A stretch of DNA of 64,000 bases from NCBI GenBank assembly GCA_034780895.1, contig JAUZTB010000118.1:49426348-49490347 (forward strand). Reading direction: 5' to 3'. How positions within the stretch are numbered: position 1 is the first letter of the stretch; the number at the start of each line of letters is the position of its first letter. The DNA comes from Rhynchobatus australiae. Taxonomy: Eukaryota. The position numbers and the translations under genes were made by a program. The notes beneath the pieces are model-generated. The model was not told the origin of the DNA. It saw only the letters and a list, made by a program, of their open reading frames with translations, and did no database searches. Below are positions 49,201 through 61,200 of the stretch, one piece after another.

Positions 49201-52200
49201 AAATTAATGCTGTCCTTGCCAGTAACACCCACAACCTGTGAATAAGTTAACAAAAAATAAAGATAATGTGTTCGATTAAATACTCTGTTAACTTTAGCTG
49301 AGGTTGCTGAACTGTGGCTCAGCAAGAACAATCTTCATCCATCAATTAAGGTTAATTGTCTCAATGTGGCTGTAAAAGCTACTGCTTTACCAGTTGAGCC
49401 TCTGAGAGCACAATGAGCGATAGAAGAACTTACCTTTTCTTTAAGACTTGCCAGCAATGCTTGTACTTGTGATTTTTCCTCCTTTATTTTCTCCAGTTCC
49501 AATTCCTTTTTTCTGTATTCTTCCTGCAGAGCAAGTAGTTGCTGTTGAGAAACAGGGATGTCATTAGTCATGAGGCCAAGCCAGTGCAGCAGTTATTAAA
49601 GTCCTCAGAGGTAAAAATGGCTTTCATCGTTCACTCCACCGGGAAGAAAAAAGTGTTTACAGTGACCATTTCTGAAATTGGACTTGGCAGGAGGGGTTGG
49701 GAGGGATACTACTGAAGTGACGTTGCATGCTGTGCCAATAATATTCTTCTCCATTGCCTCTTTGGAACAATTATCCAACATGGCAAAAGAGTCTCTGCCT
49801 GTTCAGAGTCCACTAACCAAGTCCAATTTCAGCACTGGTCAATTCAAGCAGTTTTAATTGTGGTGGAAAATATGGAAGTTTTTAATTAAAGAAAATTTGG
49901 AAGAGCATGCCGATGAAAAGAGAGATACAGTAGAAATGGGCCATTTGGCCCATTGAGTCCTTGCCAACTATCAAGCACACATTTACACCAATTCTACAAT
50001 GATCCCATTATATTTTGCTCCATATTCTCATCAACTATCATTCGTCTACACACTAGGGGCAATCTACAGTGGTCAATTAATCTTCCAACCTGCATGTTTT
50101 TTGGATGTGGCAGGAAACCAGAGCACCTGGAGGAAACCCACACAGTCACAGGGAGAACATGTAAGCTCTACACGGACGGCACTGGAGGTCAGGATCGAAT
50201 CCAGCTCTCTGGCACTGTGAGGCACTGACTCTACCAGCTGTGCCACGGTGCCTGTGCTGTTTTAGTCCAAATAATAAATTCTTTGAAGAACTGTTCAGCT
50301 CAGCAGAAATTTTAGGACCATTGCTACTTCCATCTGGAAATTCTGTACACCAACTGGAATGTCAGGTTATAATTATGTTAAAGCAACACTTGTAGCTGTC
50401 AAGTAGAACACACTGCATTATCAGCCTAGATATGTATGAGAAATAATAATATAACTTTTCTATTGATGAACAATTGCATCTTTACAAAGAGCGATGATCA
50501 GTCTCTGGAGGAGTCAGAGCCATGAGCTGCCCTCATTAGCATTTGTGGAAACTATGAGACCAAAAGGCAGAGGTATTTTACCAACAAATTGTGGAACACC
50601 TCAGTTTAAGTAGCATGATCCATCATGCATCCATAATGATGGATGTCTGGGTCCCTGCAGACCGCTCTAAGGACTGGTCAAATGAAAAATATGGCAGATG
50701 GAATATAATGTGTAGAAATGAGAGGATATCCATTTGGTAGGCTGAACAAAAAAGCAAAATATTATTTAAACAATGCGAGATCACAGACTACAGAGGGTTC
50801 CAAAGTATCATCAAGGATCCTCACCATCCTCACGTCTTCTTTTCGCACCTACCGTTGGGCAGGAGGTACAGAAGCCTGAAGTCCCACACCATCAGGTTCA
50901 GGAACAGCTACTTCAGGTTGTTGATCTGACCTGCACAACCCTAACCCCACCTCAGCAAAGGAACACTGTGGACCTCCTCTTGCACTACAATGGACTTGTC
51001 TCTGATGGAGACACAAGACTGCAGATACTAGAATCTGGAGCAATAAACAATCAGCTGGAGGAACTCAGCAGGTCGAGCAGCACTTATGGGAGGAAAGGAA
51101 TTGTCGAAGTTTTGGGTTGCAGCCCTGCATCAGGACTGGTCTCTGATTTTTTTTTGCACTAATCTCTAGTTTATCTTTCACTATATTGTCTTGCATAATT
51201 TATGTATATTTTAGATTCTGTGTGTTGTCTGTACCTACGTGCCTGTGATGCTGCCGCAAGCAAGTTTTTCATTGTACCTGTGCCTCGCTGTACTTGTGCA
51301 CATGACTACAAACTCAGTTTGACTTGNNNNNNNNNNNNNNNNNNNNNNNNNNNNNNNNNNNNNNNNNNNNNNNNNNNNNNNNNNNNNNNNNNNNNNNNNN
51401 NNNNNNNNNNNNNNNNNNNNNNNNNNGGGGCAGCCCGCAAGTGTCGCCACGCTTCCAGCACCAACATAGCATGCCCACAACTTCCTAACCCGTACGTCTT
51501 TGGAATGTGGGAGGAAACCATTACATATTATCAATTGTTCAACCAAGACCAATTTCACATGTTCTCATCTTCCACCACTGTTTTCCTTTTGAGTTTTCAA
51601 AAGTTACACATATGGTTCTCTATTTCATCATTTTCTGAAAAGATCAGCATATTAGTCATGTATAGCATTACCAACTATCAGTTAAGCAATTAATAACATA
51701 AAGCCCTTTATCATAAGCAAAATCTGGAAGGCGTTTTTTGGATTAAAAGCTCATCATTAAAAGACATAACTTTTTTCTTAATATCTACTACCATTTGTTT
51801 TCCTCTATGCCTTTTTTAGGATTTCCTTGCCACAGTTCCAAAAATGAGCAGGACAAGGACTCACCCCCAGACTTCATCTGTATCTAATGTGGAAAAAACA
51901 GCTTCATTTGATTTTCTTTCCTTTTAGAAGGCAATTCAACAGCTCTGCAATTTTACAACTGAAAGCAGGCGAGGCGGATTGGGGTGGGAAACAAGAGATA
52001 TAATAAACCCATTATAATAAATCCATTGATCAACGCAACATAGTTAAAAAGGTAGCATGTCTACTTTGGAAAATCTTTAAAATATATTCTCTCTCAAGCC
52101 ATATTCTTCGGTGTACTATTAAATGGGAGAGCTTTGTAAATACATGAAAATAATGAAATTCTGTAAAGCATGGAAGCAGAATGTATGTGTGCGTAAAGCT

Positions 52201-55200
52201 GTAGAATATTTACGCAAATCCATAAATTAGTTTCTCAACAGAAGAACTTAAATTTGGTCGTTCATGTCAATTTAAACCCAATATGCCATGCTAACCTTGA
52301 ATGTTTTAGAATTACATTATTTAATCATTCAAATTTCTGATGTATTCTAACAGAAAACTTCANNNNNNNNNNNNNNNNNNNNNNNNNNNNNNNNNNNNNN
52401 NNNNNNNNNNNNNNNNNNNNNNNNNNNNNNNNNNNNNNNNNNNNNNNNNNNNNNNNNNNNNNTTATTTAATCATTCAAATTTCAGATGTATTCTTACAGA
52501 AAACTTCAAATATCGTCAATATTTTCTGTCATTCAATTACAATTCTACTCTTATTTGACTGCAAACTCTTCCACTATTTTAGCTTATTTCTCATTCTGAA
52601 TGGCTATCATTTACACAGACTACAAAATACTACTGTACAGAATACCAGTTCCTCATTCAACATGGCCCTGCTCTGTGCTTCACTCTCAGGTTAACACTTC
52701 AAACCACAAACACGACTCAACTGCATACAAAGCTTGCAGGATCATAACTAAATAAAGTAGTTAAATAACTGCTGTTTCATAGCAAGTCCTTAAGAGACCA
52801 ATGCACGAAACAACGCACATCTTGAAAGGGAAAGAAATAATTCAAGGTGAAGCTCAAGAATAAAAGTTATGTCCGGGAGCAGTTTTATTATATTCAGACA
52901 CTAGATTCCGACTACCCCACTAATATTTTGGGAGAAGTGCCTGTAATTGGGGATGCAGCATGGGGGAAATAAGACCAGTAATCCAATAACACTAGATAAT
53001 TTTCAAATGGACAGAAATGCTCACTTTTGATGTTTTAAGCTGACTCCTTGCCCGGCAGCTGGGCAGTTTGAGAGGCTGAATGCCAGAGAGAAAGAAAAAG
53101 AAATCAGCATAGGCAGCCATAGGAGAAGGGACAGAAGGGAAAATACCCACGGCAACCAAAGATCAGGCACCAAGACGGGTGGTAGGCAAGGACTGGAACA
53201 AAAGAGACAACAGCGAGGTATGCTCAGGTTCACTGATTTGGAGCAAAGTTGGCTGAACATAACACTTTGTTAAAAAGAAGTGGAGCTTCTCTAAAAAGCA
53301 TTAAGTGCCGGATCCAACCACTCCCAGCCCATTTGCCTGCCAGGTTTCCCAAGCCCTAGGAAAACCAGCCAGCAATAAATTGAAATGAGTGCCAAAATCT
53401 GAGGAACGAAGCCTCATTTAAATGTTATCATGAATCTGTCTTTCCAGAGCAGGTTATTCAGACATTCAAACCCGCTGCAATAAACTACACGTTGGCTCAT
53501 TCATTGCAAATTACGTTTCTGGTTCACATATTTTCATAAGTTAACCCTCTATCTACCCTGAGCCACCCCATGGCATGCCTGATTTTGTGGGAAGGTTGGG
53601 AATGAGACGCTTAAAACACACTCCACCCCAACCCAAACAAAGGGCCATCTTAATCAACTGACAATTTCACTGCCCAAAGCATTGAAATGACTTATTTACA
53701 ATTCATTCTTACACTTTTGGGTTAAATCTTCAGTCAGCAAAAGAACATGTTCCAGAATTCATTTAATGGGAATGTGCAGTTATTGAACAGATTACACACT
53801 TCACCCACTGGCTTTATCCAGGCATGATTTCATTTTAGAGAATGACAAATACAACAAAACAGTCATAAGGACTCAAGTTATAGGCCCTGAGACTAGAGAA
53901 AAGCCACTGGAATTTGTCCATCTATCAGCAAGGTATCTGCGTCAAGGTCTACATTCAGAAACACTGTGGAATCACGCACCACACCACTTTGAAGCATTTA
54001 ATACTTCTCAGCTTTAGCTCTGGGCACTTGCAGAAAATACAAACGTTATTGGCAGAATACCAAGCTGGTATGACTCCCATCATGGGAATGTAAACATGAT
54101 CTGTAGGCTGGGATTTACAAAAAAAGACAATGATATTTCAAAGTGTAGTCTCGCATTATCTTGGTTTGAATTATGGCTGTTCATATTAACATTCAATCAC
54201 TTACTCGCTCCCTCCTACGTCATTTACCTTAAGCTTCCCATCATTTTGTTCAATTGAATAATGTGATGCATCAACAATCTTTGGACAACTATATTCAGAA
54301 CACAATTAATAGAAATTCAATAATAATAATGCATTACATTAGTTATGCAATGAATTCCTCACACTAACATGCCTTTAAAAAAATCTTTAAGAAAAAAGAA
54401 CAGCTGAGGATTAATGTTTGAGATTTCTTACAATGCAGATGTTGGCAGCCCCATCCTCAGCTGTCAGGCCCTTCATTTGCTGAAATAAGAGCAATTCCAA
54501 CATCTAAACTCAACTTGATCCAGAACAAAGCTGTCAGTTTCACTGGCAACCCATCCACCACCATTATCATAAGTGTACACAAAATATACTGTAGCAACTC
54601 AATGAAGTTCCTTCAACTAACCTTCCCAAACACATGCTCTTCATTGCCTGGAAAAAGGGCTGCAGGTGCATGGGATACTATTATCTGTGAGCTTTCCAGA
54701 TCTCTCACAATCTTAACTCAGAATTACTTTGATACTTCATCACTGCCGTGCCAAAATTGGGGAACATCCTGCTCAAAAGCACTGTGGGTGTACATTCAAC
54801 ACCACACATCACAGCGTTTCAGGAAGGCAGCACATGATCTTCTGATGGGCAGGTGAGGATCAAGCAACAAGTGCTGACCTTGTCAACAATTCCATCCTCT
54901 GGTCCATAATCAGAAAAGGATGAACTGCATGTTTTTCCCTCTTCCTCCCCTCCCTAAAATTTCAAGAAATCACTTTCATTAAAATTTAAGGATAATCAAC
55001 ATTTCGTATTGTATCTAGTTTTAACAATTTCAATGCCTTTTCAAACTTATTATCACCAAGTTTTGAAATAGTTCTGGCTTCACAGAATATGAAATTTTTG
55101 GTTGACCATTTTGAGATATGAACATTAAATTATAATGCACATTTAGGAATAGATGCTCTGCCTCCACACAAATTGTACTAACCTCAGATTTAGAAGACAT

Positions 55201-58200
55201 ATCATCGTCTACTGCAGAGTCATCTGGATCTACAATATCTTCAAATGGTGGCAAATTTGGCTTCTTTTTCTCTATCACTTCACTTTCTATTTTGATTTTT
55301 GTCGTCTTAACTTGAGGTCTGTCCTTATTGAGTTTCTTTTCAGCAGAAAGTGGCTGTGGAGAAGCACTGGAAAAGCTTCTGAACAAAAATTCAGAGCTGC
55401 TTTTCTTTTTCTTCTTTGCTATAAGTTCATCAGTGTCTGTATTAGCAGGCCGCTTCATCAGAGTCTTAACATCCTGCTGAATGCCTCCGCTTCCACTTAC
55501 CACACTATTTTCCAATGATTTTGGCTCCTTTGACATTGGTTTTGGTTCCTTAAATGCTGTCTTAGGAACAGTTTTCTCATCTTTGAGTGGTTTGTTTTCT
55601 TTGGGTTTCTTTGAGGACTCTTTGGAAGTTTTACTGTGTTCCCTGGAAAGTTCTTTGAAGGCACTTTTGTGCTCTTTTGAGTCTTTAGATGGTTTGTCTT
55701 TGTGCTCTTTCATGGGTTTGTGGGACTTCGAGAAACTGTTAGAGCTGCTCTTATTTGGATCCTACAAAGTTCAAAGAAAGGGAAAAAATAGTCATTTTTT
55801 AAACAAAGCTTTGGAAAACTAAATATATGCCATGTAATGAGGATGCAGCAGGAGAGTCACAATTAAATCTTTATCCCCTATTAAAAAATTCTCACCATAT
55901 TCTCATCCAGAAACTTATGCAAATATTAGTATTAGGAAGGGGCAAGTACACACAATATTTCAAAAGAGGGAAAATATTCACTTGGTAGAGTTACTGGAAA
56001 GGTGCTTAGCACTCGCAGAGTTCTTAAAGGATGGGAGTGGGGAAGAGGGAGAATAGAAATTTGGCACAAGTAAATATTCCTTTGAGTAGCATGTTCTGGT
56101 AGATTACTAACTCCTTTACAGTTATAACATCATACAAACCTAATCAACATTGGATTACATTGCAACAGATAGCATTAAAATGCAACAGCTGGACTGTAAT
56201 CACGTTTGATGGTTAATTGGGAATGGGAAAGGAAATAGATTGGTGCTTCAATACAAGATCTGCTCCCATTAAAAAAATCTAGCTGTAGGGAAAAATGCTN
56301 NNNNNNNNNNNNNNNNNNNNNNNNNNNNNNNNNNNNNNNNNNNNNNNNNNNNNNNNNNNNNNNNNNNNNNNNNNNNNNNNNNNNNNNNNNNNNNNNNNNN
56401 NNNNNNNNNNNNNNNNNNNNNNNNNNNNNNNNNNNNNNNNNNNNNNNNNNNNNNNNNNNNNNNNNNNNNNNNNNNNNNNNNNNNNNNNNNNNNNNNNNNN
56501 NNNNNNNNNNNNNNNNNNNNNNNNNNNNNNNNNNNNNNNNNNNNNNNNNNNNNNNNNNNNNNNNNNNNNNNNNNNNNNNNNNNNNNNNNNNNNNNNNNNN
56601 NNNNNNNNNNNNNNNNNNNNNNNNNNNNNNNNNNNNNNNNNNNNNNNNNNNNNNNNNNNNNTGGATTGTTAAAAAGTTGAAAATGGAGAACTAACTTTTT
56701 TTTGGATGGTATACTTTCAATTAAAAGCCAAACAGTAAAAAGAGATCCAGTTTATTGAAACCTCAAGGGTATAAAGTGAAGATTATTCAAGAGGAAAAGT
56801 GTTTTCTCCCCAGTGCACTAGTTTTGTGCAACAACTTTAAAGCACAAATGTTGAATAGAAGTTCATAGATCAGTAAATTGCAAAAATATTAAATGCAGTC
56901 AATTGCTGCATGGCAGCTTTTAAATAAAAAAATGTATTCCAAAAATTTTGGATAAGACACAAAAAGGATCCAGTTATTTTTGATGACCAAGTCTTATTTG
57001 AATCTTAATTCCTGCAATGGAATCTGGATTTTAATTTATCAGATGATCAATGGCCATCGTTCAACGTATCCATATTAGGGTAGCTTGTCAAGTTGAACAA
57101 TTCAATGACAAATGCAGAAGTTTTACTTGGGGGAAAAGCTCTCCTAATTGTACACAACTGGTTTTGTTTCCTACTTAATGTAGATCACAAATGCTAAAGT
57201 CATGAAATGTGGCCATTAAAGTTCGCTACTCCATGAATGAGACAATTCAAATAAAAGTGACTTCCCAATATAATGGCATACATTTCAACAACAGCAGGCT
57301 TCATAAGCAGGGTTTTGAAAAATACCAAACTGCAGTCAAGACCTTCAATGATCTAAGCAAGGTCTTCACACAATATAGGGCTTGGATTGAGCCAATGCAG
57401 GGAACCACTAGCTGTCTGCTATGTGCATGACAGTAACTTCCAAACTCTACACTGTAGTGTGCAAGGATGGGACATNNNNNNNNNNNNNNNNNNNNNNNNN
57501 NNNNNNNNNNNNNNNNNNNNNNNNNNNNNNNNNNNNNNNNNNNNNNNNNNNNNNNNNNNNNNNNNNNNNNNNNNNGTGTGCAAGGATGGGACATACTCAA
57601 GGTCAGATGGCAGAGATCCAACTTCCTCATCCACCACCTGTCTCAATAGAGTTCAGTTAAAGTATTGCAAGGTACAGAGCCTAGGAGGCAGATACACTTC
57701 ACATCTGGCTCTCAAGCTTTAGATGAGTTATAGATGGCATGAACTGTCAGGATTTCATCAGGGTGGTCTTCGAACAAGCTTTTCATTCCCACCATCTTTG
57801 GTTTACTCACTACTTGTGGATGGCTGTGCCTTGTGCACCAGTCCACAGGAAGCAAGCAGCTCGAAGACATAGCATGATAGCAGGAGCCAATGCAACTCCT
57901 AGGCTGAATCCAGTTTGACCCAGCTCATTTTAACAAAAATGGAAAAAAATAACCTATTTTAAAAACAATGTTTAGCAAAATAACAGGTACAGAAAATAAT
58001 AAAAACTTGGCTTATTCAACTTAGCCCCTTAAGTTAAATATTGCAAACTCTAGGTTTTATCAAAATTATCAAAAGGAAAAAAAAACTAGCGACAGTTGGT
58101 TTACCAGTTTTAAGACTGCCACAGTTGTTAATTATTTTGGTCAGGTGACTGACCCATCATGGCTATTAACAGTACTTCAAAAATGGCCAAAAAGATTAGT

Positions 58201-61200
58201 CTTTCCAAGGCCATGCACATCATGATTTTCTTAATTTCCTCTTCCCACTCAAAACATGCACACACTGCTGTGCAACACTGCTACTAGCTGCCTCCGAGAA
58301 CTAAGGGAAAGAATGGGAATTTGATTTCCAGCCTCAACCGTGCTGCTAATCCTCCTGGTGAAAAATGGTCCAACATCTAGTCCTTGAAACCACTCCTCTG
58401 GGAAGCGAGGTTTGCTTCAGACACGCTTAACATAACACACTTGCAAATATGCATTAACAGTCGTAAACCTTGAGCCCCAGCTTCATTGTTATTTAAGAAT
58501 TTGAAACAAACTCTTTCAAAAAAACATTCAACTCCAAATGAATACAATTCTCATCAGTAAACAACAGGATATTATTGATTTAGAGAAGGCACAGGTGAGG
58601 GCTTAGAAGGATGTTGCCTGCAGATCTGGTGGATTTTAGCTCTGAGAAAAGATTGGCTTGACCAAGTTGTTTNNNNNNNNNNNNNNNNNNNNNNNNNNNN
58701 NNNNNNNNNNNNNNNNNNNNNNNNNNNNNNNNNNNNNNNNNNNNNNNNNNNNNNNNNNNNNNNNNNNNNNNNTGGCTTGACCAAGTTGTTTTGGAACAGA
58801 GGTGGCCAAGAAGAGATTTAATTGAGATGTACGTAATTGTAAGAGACCCAAGTGGAGTGAATGGGAAGGATACATTTTATGTGGCATTGGGTATTGTGTA
58901 GGGGTTGGTCAGTAGCATAGTTTTTAAATATTTGGCTAGAGAGGCAGTCAGAGCATTCTTTTTAGCTTTCTAAATTTAAAGGCAGTAGCAGCTAAAACAC
59001 ATCACTTTAAATGTGGTAGTAGAAACCCTCTAAGTAGTACTTAGATAAGCACTCAAAATATCTTAAAGAGCGACAGAGTAAGAAGTGGGACATGGAATAG
59101 GGCTGAGATGGCTCTTTAGTTAGCACAGACACAAGGGGTTAACTGAACTTTACTACAAATACCTGTGAGCTTAAGCAGTGCCTATCCAGCATAACCACAC
59201 CACCTGTGCCAGATCACTGTAGTCAAACTTTCAGTGGCAAAAAGCTGCAGCTTGCATGATTTTCTTGAGCAGGTACAGCCTCTTAGTTCTGGTAATACAA
59301 CCAGTAATAATGTTTTGCCATGTTCTCCAGTGCCTCTGTACTGCTTTTCTAATCTGAGCACTAGAACCATTAAAGTACTACAAATGTGCCGAGCAAGGTT
59401 CTCACATTGTTTTTTTTTTATTTCTATACTTTTAGTTAAGAATCCTACTAAGAATTTGTTTGTTTTTTTTTTACAGGAGTACTTTGCATTACATTTTAGT
59501 AATGTCTGTATCCATACCCATGATAGGTGTTGTTTGTTTACTTCAATATGGACGTGTAGTTTACAAGGTGCATTCCCTCTAATCTTCATTATTCTTACTA
59601 AGAGTTAACCTTGAAATAGATGATTATAATTGTGGATTTAATGCATGAACTGCAAATTCTCAAAATTAAACTACCTCAGTCAGTGTTTAGCCAGGCAGCA
59701 ACATTCGTCAGAACTGCATCTGTAATAAACAGAGGTTTCTCCATGAAATGACATGGCTAGTTTTCATAAGATACCTAGAAGGGTTCCTACCAATTTCAGA
59801 GAACTAACATTGCATCCAACTCTATATCACGGGTGTCCGAAAAATCCCGATGTGCAATCTGATTGCATGTCAGACTTTCCTCTCACAGTAAACAATAACA
59901 AAAAGAAACATGAGATAAAAGACGGAATAAAGCTTGTAATCTTATGTCTGTATTTCTACTTAGTGGACTGGAAGCAATAATCAGTATGAATTATAAATAG
60001 ACATTGTCCAGTTTAAAAAAAATGACCAGGCTTCTAAATTTTAAAGCTGGACATAGATAAAAGCTAAAATTTCAGAATTTGTTTAAAGATTTTTNNNNNN
60101 NNNNNNNNNNNNNNNNNNNNNNNNNNNNNNNNNNNNNNNNNNNNNNNNNNNNNNNNNNNNNNTTCACTTCTCCCTCAAAATCTGCATTTATAGAGGGGGG
60201 AGAAAAAACATGCTGCATAGGGGCATTAAAATCTGACACCAATGGCTTGACCTCTTCAAACCTGGTCAAAAGCTAGATGAGAGGAGTTTTCAGTAATGCT
60301 CAAGAGGTAGGGAGGTTCAAGGAGGGAACCCAAGAGCTAATGATCTAAGGAATTGAGGGCACAGGCACCAAATGAGGATCTAACAATGTCCTTTGGCCAA
60401 CTTTAAGCTCATAAAATAGAGAAAAACCTCCTGAGGCACATAATAGCAGCAGCCAAGGAACAGGGAGAAGGAGTTGAACAATCTAGAAGAGAGGATTTCC
60501 TCCCCCTCCCCTCAACCATCAGAAGTATGATTAAATGCCCTGCTTGGTTGTAAGAAGGTTTAAATCCTTTCATCTATCTTATAAAGGAGTGAATTCCAAA
60601 ATATAGGACCTCAGCAAACAAATGAATATCCAACAACTGGGATTATCAGCAATGGATGGAAGTTTCAAGGATAATGTTGAACTCAAACAGAAGCTGTTTA
60701 AATGTATATCAGGAGCCAACAAGAATGGGGAATGAGTGATGAACAGGACAGTCAGCTAACAAGATTACTGAGACACATTCTGAGACCAGCCAGAAGAGCA
60801 GCAGAATGCAGAGGGGGTGTTGAAAAACAGGGCAATGATAGAGACAAGATGAGGGAAGTCTTTCTGACTAAATTCAATCCCTCTTATCCCCCCTCCTTGT
60901 GCACAATGTTACTATGTGCATTTAAGTTTTTTAAAATTTTTATTTACAGCATGGTAACAGGCCCTCCAGCCCAATGAGTCTATGCTGCCCATTTTTAAAC
61001 CCCCAAATTAACCTACCCGTACATCTTTAGAATGTGGGAGGAAACCTGAGCACCCAGAGGAAACCCATGCAGACAAGGGAAAACGTACAAACTCCTTACA
61101 GACAGCGACAGGAATTGAACCCCAATCACTGACGCTGTAATAGCGTTGTGCTAACTGCTATGCTACTGTGCCACCCATTTCTCAGAGAAACTTACGTAAT

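Noticed and set aside
53021-53260. Purine-rich, CpG-containing stretch with a plus-strand donor-like GAG|GTATGC and a hydrophobic minus-strand ORF
   Set aside because: No recognisable protein and no matching splice partner; compositional bias explains it, although an antisense non-coding exon cannot be excluded
55153-55822. Plus-strand ORFs of 121 and 113 aa
   Set aside because: Antisense shadows of MLLT3 exon 5
56295-56672. ORFs made largely of X, including this 125-aa one
   Set aside because: Artefacts of N runs
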